Shown: positions 25,135 through 30,312 of the stretch, piece by piece | Layout of the letters: every line of letters begins with the position of its first letter | How positions within the stretch are numbered: position 1 is the stretch's first letter | Assembly (NCBI GenBank): GCA_044866005.1 | Contig: JBIOTN010000142.1 | Coordinates: 1 to 30,312, forward strand | From: Candidatus Rokuibacteriota bacterium | GTDB lineage: Bacteria; Methylomirabilota; Methylomirabilia; Rokubacteriales; DASRDR01 | Length of the DNA: 30,312 bases | Reading direction: 5' to 3' | The notes under the pieces: generated by a model | Databases searched by the model: none | What the model saw: the letters and a program-made list of their open reading frames with translations, nothing else | Told to the model about the DNA's origin: nothing | Program-made: the position numbers and the translations under genes

Positions 25135-26499
25135 CTACCGCGGCGACGGCCACGGTGCCTTCGCTGCCGGGATCCCGCTCTCCTGGACAAGGCGCTCGAG
25201 GGCTTCCAGGCGAGCCTTCAGCGCGGCGTACTCGGCGGTGCGTCGTTCGAGCGCTTGGACCGCGATCATCAGGACCCCGGCCATGTCGGTCGAGGTGATC
25301 GTCGTGGGCGTACCTATCGTGCCGACGCCGTCGTGGCCGAAGGCGGCGAAGAAATCCTGGGCGCTCGGGCCGTAGTGGCGGAGCTGCTCGGGATCATGGC
25401 CGATGAAGTTCCAGCTCGCCAAGGGCAGGCGTCGGACCTTTTCGAGCACGGCTTCGCCATCCACGGGCCTGAAGTTCTCCTTTTTGGTGGCGTCGGAGCT
25501 GCTGGTGAACCCGACCTGGCCTTCGATGACCGAGACAGTGGCATTGCCGAGCCGGATCTTGTGGCTGGAATCAACGATGGCGCCGGCGCCGATGGCCGTG
25601 GCGTTCCTGAACCCGTTCGCGGAAACGTCGGCACCAGCCCCGAACGCCGTGTTGCTTGTACCGACGGTATTGCTTGCCAGCGCACCGGCTCCGGCCGCGG
25701 TGTTCCCGCCGCCGGCAGTGTTGCTCGTGAGCGCGTCGTGTCCGATGGCCGTATTGAAGTCGCCCGTGGTGTTGAACCTGAGCGCGGCGTGCCCGTTTGC
25801 CGTGTTTTCGGCGCCGCCCGTGTTGTCTGCCAGCGCCAACACGCCGGTGGCGGTATTGCCCGAGCCCGTGGTATTGCCGACGAGGGCAAACACCCCAGTG
25901 GCGGTGTTGTTGGTGCCGCTGGTGTTGCTGAAGAGCGCTTGGGCCCCGGCAGCGGTGTTGCCCACGCCGCTCACGTTGCTGAGGAGCGCTTCGGCTCCCG
26001 TCGCGGTGTTGGAATTTCCGAGATCGCCCGGCCAAGAGGCCGTGAACGGCAACAACGTCGCCGCGAAGATGGTGCCATTGGCGGTGAGCAGGCTGAGCGA
26101 GATCTCGTAGGCGCCACCAACGGGAATCGTGAGGCCGGCGACCTCGATCAGGATGGGCGTGCCGGCCCGTACGCCGATGCTACTCGGCAGGTCCACCACG
26201 AAGGCGCCATCTGCAGGATCGACACTCGTGACAATCGGGGGCGGGCTTGGCTTGCCGCCGATCAGCAGACCGGTGAGGATTGGTTCGGCCCCCAGCATCG
26301 GGGGCGGAAATATCAAGCGGAACTTGTCCAGGAAGCCTGGGCTGGGGACGGTAAATTGGAGGACACACGACGCCTGCGAGCGCGCGAGGTCGGTGGAAAG
26401 AACCACTTGGTCGAGCGCTGACGCCGTGCGCCCGACTCCGAGACTCACCCCCAGAAGAGCAATCGCGACGAGGACAGCGTTTCGCCAGAGCTTTGCCAT
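25135..26499 (-). CDS. Exported fibre/adhesin-like protein with 17-aa repeats and C-terminal Peptidase_S74 intramolecular chaperone domain (454 aa)
   Basis: RBS GAGGAGG; signal peptide MAKLWRNAVLVAIALLGVSLGVGRTASA; repeats NTAxGxxALxxNxxGxx; SSDATKKENF...WNF...RHYGPSAQDF...IAVQAL plus coiled coil. Confidence 0.85.
   Translation of the reverse strand: MAKLWRNAVLVAIALLGVSLGVGRTASALDQVVLSTDLARSQASCVLQFTVPSPGFLDKFRLIFPPPMLGAEPILTGLLIGGKPSPPPIVTSVDPADGAFVVDLPSSIGVRAGTPILIEVAGLTIPVGGAYEISLSLLTANGTIFAATLLPFTASWPGDLGNSNTATGAEALLSNVSGVGNTAAGAQALFSNTSGTNNTATGVFALVGNTTGSGNTATGVLALADNTGGAENTANGHAALRFNTTGDFNTAIGHDALTSNTAGGGNTAAGAGALASNTVGTSNTAFGAGADVSANGFRNATAIGAGAIVDSSHKIRLGNATVSVIEGQVGFTSSSDATKKENFRPVDGEAVLEKVRRLPLASWNFIGHDPEQLRHYGPSAQDFFAAFGHDGVGTIGTPTTITSTDMAGVLMIAVQALERRTAEYAALKARLEALERLVQESGIPAAKAPWPSPR
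25580..26010 (-). repeat. Coding tandem repeat with 51-bp/17-aa period (7 full and 2 degenerate units)
   Basis: NTATGAEALLSNVSGVG, NTAAGAQALFSNTSGTN, NTATGVFALVGNTTGSG, NTATGVLALADNTGGAE, NTANGHAALRFNTTGDF, NTAIGHDALTSNTAGGG, NTAAGAGALASNTVGTS, then NTAFGAGA and NATAIGAGA. Confidence 0.9.
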
Positions 26500-26734
26500 A
26501 AGGCGGCCTCCTCGGACTTGCGTGCAGTGCATCCACGCCGGGTACGGCCGGCTCACCCGCGCGTCCGGGCAAGGAGAACGATCGGCGGTCAGCCGCACTT
26601 TCATAGGACGCCGACTCTACCACGCGCCTCGCTTCTACCCGGAATACTGCGGATCGTCCGCTAACTCTCCGTGATCACGGGGAGAACGAGCCGGCCACAT
26701 GGCCTTTCGGGACGATCGAGGCCCCCGCCGTTGC

Positions 26735-26764
26735 TTGACGGCCCGCGCGGCCCTGGGCTAGCAT
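26735..26764 (+). promoter_or_regulatory. Putative sigma70 promoter of the sugar permeases
   Basis: TTGACG, 18 nt, TAGCAT. Confidence 0.55.
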
Positions 26765-26866
26765 CCCCCCGACCCCGGAAGCCGCGCGGAGAGCCCCGTC
26801 GCTGCCGCCACGCGTCCCCTCGCGCCTCGCCCTGGCCGGGCCGGCGCGCCGAGCTCCGGTCCCGTC

Positions 26867-27748
26867 GTGACCGGCCGCCGGCGCGAGGTCGCCGTCGCCT
26901 ATCTGCTGATGGCGCCGGCGCTCGTCCTGGTCCTGGGCGTCCTCGCCTATCCGGTCGCCTGGGAGACGTGGGTCAGCCTCACCAACTTCTCGAGCCGGGC
27001 CGCGGGCGGGCCGGTCTTCGTCGGGCTGGCGAACTACCGGAAGATGGTCGGGGAGCCGGAGTTCTGGCGCGGCATGGCCACGACGGTCGTCTACTTCGCG
27101 ACGACGACGCTGGCGAAGCTGGCGCTCGGCGTGCTGATGGCGCTCCTGCTGGCCAAGCCCTCGCGCGGCCGGGCCCTGGCGTTCCTCGCCGTCTTCCTGC
27201 CCTGGGCGTATCCCGGCGGCGTGACCGTGATCGCCTGGTACTGGATGCTGAACCCGCCCCTGACCACCTCGTACGCGGTCGTGGCGGGTCAGCTCAAGCA
27301 CGCGGTGGACGGAGTCTTCGGGGGCGGCGCGTACGCCTTCGCGAGCGTGGCCCTCTTCAACATCTGGCGGGGCGCTTCCTTCACGGCCGTCTTCCTGCTG
27401 GCGGGGCTCAACGCGATCCCGCGCGAGCTCTTCGAGTATGCGGAGCTCGAAGCGCGGAGCGGCTGGCAGCGTTTCTGGCAGGTCACGGTGCCGCTCCTGC
27501 GGCCCTACATGGCCCTGGCCGTCTTCCTCTCCTTCACCACGGCCTTCGCGGACCTCGCCAACGTCTGGATGCTCACCGGCGGGCGGATCGTCTTCCCCGT
27601 GATCGGGACGTACGCGTACTGGCTCGGCATCCGCGCCGGCCAGCTCGCCGAGGCGGCCGCCTATTCCCTCTCGCTCGTCCCGCTGCTCGCGGTCGCGCTG
27701 GTGATCCTCTTTCGCTGGTTCGACCCGCGGGAGGAGCGGCCGACGTGA
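26867..27748 (+). CDS. Carbohydrate ABC permease, MalF/UgpA-like (293 aa)
   Basis: AYLLMAPALVLV...YP, FVGLANY, FLPWAYP, IWRG..F...LLAGLNAIPRELFEYA, QRFWQVTVPLLRP. Confidence 0.9.
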   Translation: MTGRRREVAVAYLLMAPALVLVLGVLAYPVAWETWVSLTNFSSRAAGGPVFVGLANYRKMVGEPEFWRGMATTVVYFATTTLAKLALGVLMALLLAKPSRGRALAFLAVFLPWAYPGGVTVIAWYWMLNPPLTTSYAVVAGQLKHAVDGVFGGGAYAFASVALFNIWRGASFTAVFLLAGLNAIPRELFEYAELEARSGWQRFWQVTVPLLRPYMALAVFLSFTTAFADLANVWMLTGGRIVFPVIGTYAYWLGIRAGQLAEAAAYSLSLVPLLAVALVILFRWFDPREERPT

Positions 27749-28602
27749 CGCGACGCCGTCGGTGGGCCCACGGGGTCCTCCTCGTCCTCGTCGCGGCCTA
27801 CAGCGTCTTCCCCATCTACTTCGTCACCGTCCAGTCGCTGAAGACCCCGCAGGAGGACGTCTTCGGCCATCCGCTCTACGTCGCCAGGCCGACGTTCGAG
27901 AACTACACGGAGCTCTTCGAGGGGGCGGAGGCGCGCGTGCGCGGCTACGTGATCGTGCCGCGCGTGCCCTTCCTCCTGTGGGTCCTGAACTCGGTCACGG
28001 TCCTGGGGTCCGCCATCGTCGTCACGCTCGTGGCGAGCGTCCTCGCCGCCTACGCCCTGGGGCGCCTTCGGCCTCCCGGCTGGCTGTGGTGGCGCCGGGG
28101 GCTCTTCGCCAGCTACGTGATTCCGCACACCATCCTCTTCATCCCGCTCTACCAGGTGGTCGTCCGGCTCGGGCTCGACGACAACCAGCTCGCCCTCGTC
28201 CTGATCTACTCGACGATGGCGCTGCCGTTCTGCGTCTGGATCCTCTCCGCCTACTACCGGCACCTCCCGCGCGAGATCGAGGACTCCGCGCTGGTGGAGG
28301 GCGCCACCCCGGCCCGGGCGTTCCTCCGGATCGTGCTGCCGATGAGCCGAAACGTCCTGGTCGCGGCCGGCCTGTTCACCCTCGGCACCGTGGGCAACGA
28401 CTTCATGCTCGCCTCGATCTTCCTCCTGGACCCGGAGAAGCAGACGGTGGCGGCGGGGCTCGGGGTCATGGACGTGAGCCTGGAGGAGCTGCTGGCCGTG
28501 GCGGGGGTGAACCTCGCGGCGATCCCGATCGCGGTCGCCTGCGCGGTGTTCGCGCGCGGCTACGTCCGCGGCCTCACCGCCGCGATGGTCGAGGGGGCCT
28601 AG
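27745..28602 (+). CDS. Carbohydrate ABC permease, MalG/UgpE-like (285 aa)
   Basis: GTGA overlap; FPIYFVTVQSLK, PTFENY, LNS, AAYALGRL, LFIPLY, LPFCVWIL, EAA loop LPREIEDSALVEGA, YVRGLTA. Confidence 0.9.
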   Translation: MTRRRRWAHGVLLVLVAAYSVFPIYFVTVQSLKTPQEDVFGHPLYVARPTFENYTELFEGAEARVRGYVIVPRVPFLLWVLNSVTVLGSAIVVTLVASVLAAYALGRLRPPGWLWWRRGLFASYVIPHTILFIPLYQVVVRLGLDDNQLALVLIYSTMALPFCVWILSAYYRHLPREIEDSALVEGATPARAFLRIVLPMSRNVLVAAGLFTLGTVGNDFMLASIFLLDPEKQTVAAGLGVMDVSLEELLAVAGVNLAAIPIAVACAVFARGYVRGLTAAMVEGA

Positions 28603-28660
28603 TTCTTCGGCGGGTCTCGGAACCCCCCCCGCTGCCGGTGTTGGCTCGCTGAGCGCTCGA
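28600..28660 (+). repeat. Degenerate REP-like repeat after the permease stop
   Basis: TAGTTCTTCGGCGGGTCTCGGAACCCCCCCCGCTGCC shares the GGGTCTCGGAA..CCCCCCCG core with the copy at 1-46. Confidence 0.55.
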
Positions 28661-28792
28661 CGCCGCGAGGCTGCATGGGGGAGGCAGGCCCGAGCCGGTC
28701 GCTGAAGAGCGACCGGCCCGGCTTGGCCGGGAGGGCCGCCGTCAGGAGCCGCGGCGGATCGAGGGCCGCAGGCCCGAGACGCCGCGGCCGGG

Positions 28793-30212
28793 ATGGACAG
28801 AGGCGCAGCCCCCCTCCGAGGAAGACAAGTTCCACGACGAGTGCGGCATCTTCGGTGTGTTCGATCACCCCGAGGCGGCCAACCTGGCGTACCTCGGTCT
28901 CTACGCCCTCCAGCACCGGGGCCAGGAGTCGGCCGGGATCGCGGCGACCGACGGTACCAGCCTGCACGTCGAGAAGGCCATGGGCTGGGTGTCGGACGTC
29001 TTCGGGCCCGAGCGTCTCCGCCGCCTGCCGGGACGGATGGCGATCGGCCACGTCCGTTACTCGACCGCCGGCTCGTCGAACCTCCGGAACGCGCAACCGA
29101 TCAGCGCGACGTTCGTCCGGGGCCCGGTAGCGCTGGCCCACAACGGCAACCTGGTCAACGCCGATGCCCTCCGGCGGGAGCTCGAGGCGAGCGGGGCCAT
29201 TTTCCAGTCGACCTCCGACTCCGAGGTGATCCTGCACCTGCTCGCGCGCGGCGATCGCCAGAGCCTCGACCGCGTGCTGCCGCAGGCGCTAGGCCAGGTG
29301 AGCGGCGCCTACTCGCTGCTTCTGCTCACGCCGGACACCTTGATCGGGTGCCGCGACCCGCACGGGTTCCGCCCGCTGGTCCTGGGCCGTCTCGGGAGCG
29401 CCTGGCTGCTTGCCTCCGAGACGTGCGCGCTCGATCTGCTCGAAGCCGAGTTCGTCCGTGACGTCGAGCCCGGGGAGATCGTTCTGATCGACAAGAACGG
29501 CCTCCGATCCATGAAGCCGTTCCCGCCGCGGCGCCAGCTCCAGTGCGTCTTCGAGTACGTCTACTTCGCGCGCCCCGACTCGACGCTCTGGGGGCAGAAC
29601 GTGTACCACGTCCGCAAGGCCCTCGGCCGGCGGCTGGCCGAGGAACACCCCGCCGAGGCGGACATCGTGATCCCGGTGCCGGACTCGGGCGTCGGGGCGG
29701 CGCTCGGGTACGCGGACCGCTCGGGGATCCCGTTCGAGCTGGGGCTGATCCGGAACCATTACGTCGGGCGGACCTTCATCGAGCCGCGGGCGGGGATCCG
29801 GCACTTCGGCGTCCGCGTGAAGCTGAACCCCATGCGCGAGACCCTGGAAGGGCGGCGCGTCGTGGTGGTCGACGACTCGATCGTGCGGGGCACGACGAGC
29901 CGGAAGATCGTGAAGATGATCCAGTCGTGCGGGGCGCGGGCCGTGCACGTCCGCATCTCGTCGCCGCCCATCCAGTGGCCGTGCTACTACGGCATCGACA
30001 CGCCCACGCGCAAAGAGCTGATCGCGTCGAGCCATGGTGTCGAGGAGATCCGGCGCTATCTGGGCGCCGACTCGGTGGGGTACCTCTCGCTCGAGGGGAT
30101 GCTAAAGGCGTGCGGCGGTGACGAGGGCCGTTTCTGCCACGCCTGCTTTACCGGGGCGTACCAGGTCGGGTTCCCGCGGGAAGACAAGTCGCAGCTCGCC
30201 CTCTTCGAGTGA
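28793..30212 (+). CDS. purF: Amidophosphoribosyltransferase; start uncertain (possible frameshift in the propeptide)
   Basis: [11 protein letters not shown] (Cys1 at 28842), [68 protein letters not shown] (Fe-S type). Confidence 0.93.
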
Positions 30213-30230
30213 CTCCTCGGCTCACACGCC

Positions 30231-30312
30231 GGGGTGTTCCGCTCTGCGCCGCGGCTTCGCCGCGGAGGTCTGTCCTGGGGGAGGCCCCGGAGGGGGCCGC
30301 CGAGGCCCCCTC
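30231..30312 (-). repeat. REP-like two-hairpin repeat, truncated by the window end
   Basis: Minus strand GAGGGGGCC TCGGC GGCCCCCTC-CGGGGCCTCCCCCAGGA...CCGCGGC GAA GCCGCGG...CGGAACAC, same layout as 12103-12183. Confidence 0.65.

Noticed and set aside
25580..26010. 51-bp periodicity as a possible CRISPR array
   Set aside because: The repeat is conserved at protein level with synonymous variation, has no repeat-spacer structure, and no cas genes are present.
25135..26499. Prophage remnant suggested by the tail-fibre chaperone domain
   Set aside because: The protein has a signal peptide, and no phage structural genes, integrase or att-like repeats were seen.
25021..26712. TTCCGAAAGG / CCTTTCGGGA as terminal inverted repeats around the S74 gene
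   Set aside because: Only 9 of 10 bases match, with no target-site duplication or transposase seen.

Overview
Very GC-rich bacterial chromosomal fragment with about 28 protein genes; I saw no rRNA, tRNA, CRISPR array, integrase or transposase. The GC level, ABC transporter and class III CoA-transferase content and hairpin repeats suggest Rokubacteria/Methylomirabilota, but that is an unverified impression. Gene order: FprA-like ferredoxin-NADP+ reductase and CBS protein (-); enoyl-CoA hydratase, signal-peptide-bearing SlyD-type PPIase, CusRS-like two-component system, small His-rich exported OB-fold-like protein (+); membrane-anchored TPR protein (-); RpoD-like sigma factor without region 1.1, two class III CoA-transferases, DinB protein (+); exported alpha/beta-hydrolase, a lower-GC operon of three unknown exported proteins, a Liv-type ABC operon containing YceI and cytochrome c, a MalK/UgpC ATPase, a repeat fibre protein with a Peptidase_S74 chaperone domain (all -); two sugar ABC permeases and purF (+). 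The strongest unexplained signal is three promoters beside the two-component system with an identical layout (three CTCAT-type boxes at an 11-bp period, 10 nt, then TAnnnT). They point at the His-rich protein, the TPR protein and the alternative sigma factor, suggesting a sensor kinase to response regulator to sigma factor cascade. Other oddities: a cytochrome c gene with no stop that reads into the low-GC operon, a CoA-transferase paralogue with Trp at the catalytic Asp position, purF with no in-frame canonical start before its catalytic Cys, and up to six copies of a REP-like hairpin repeat, including both window ends.
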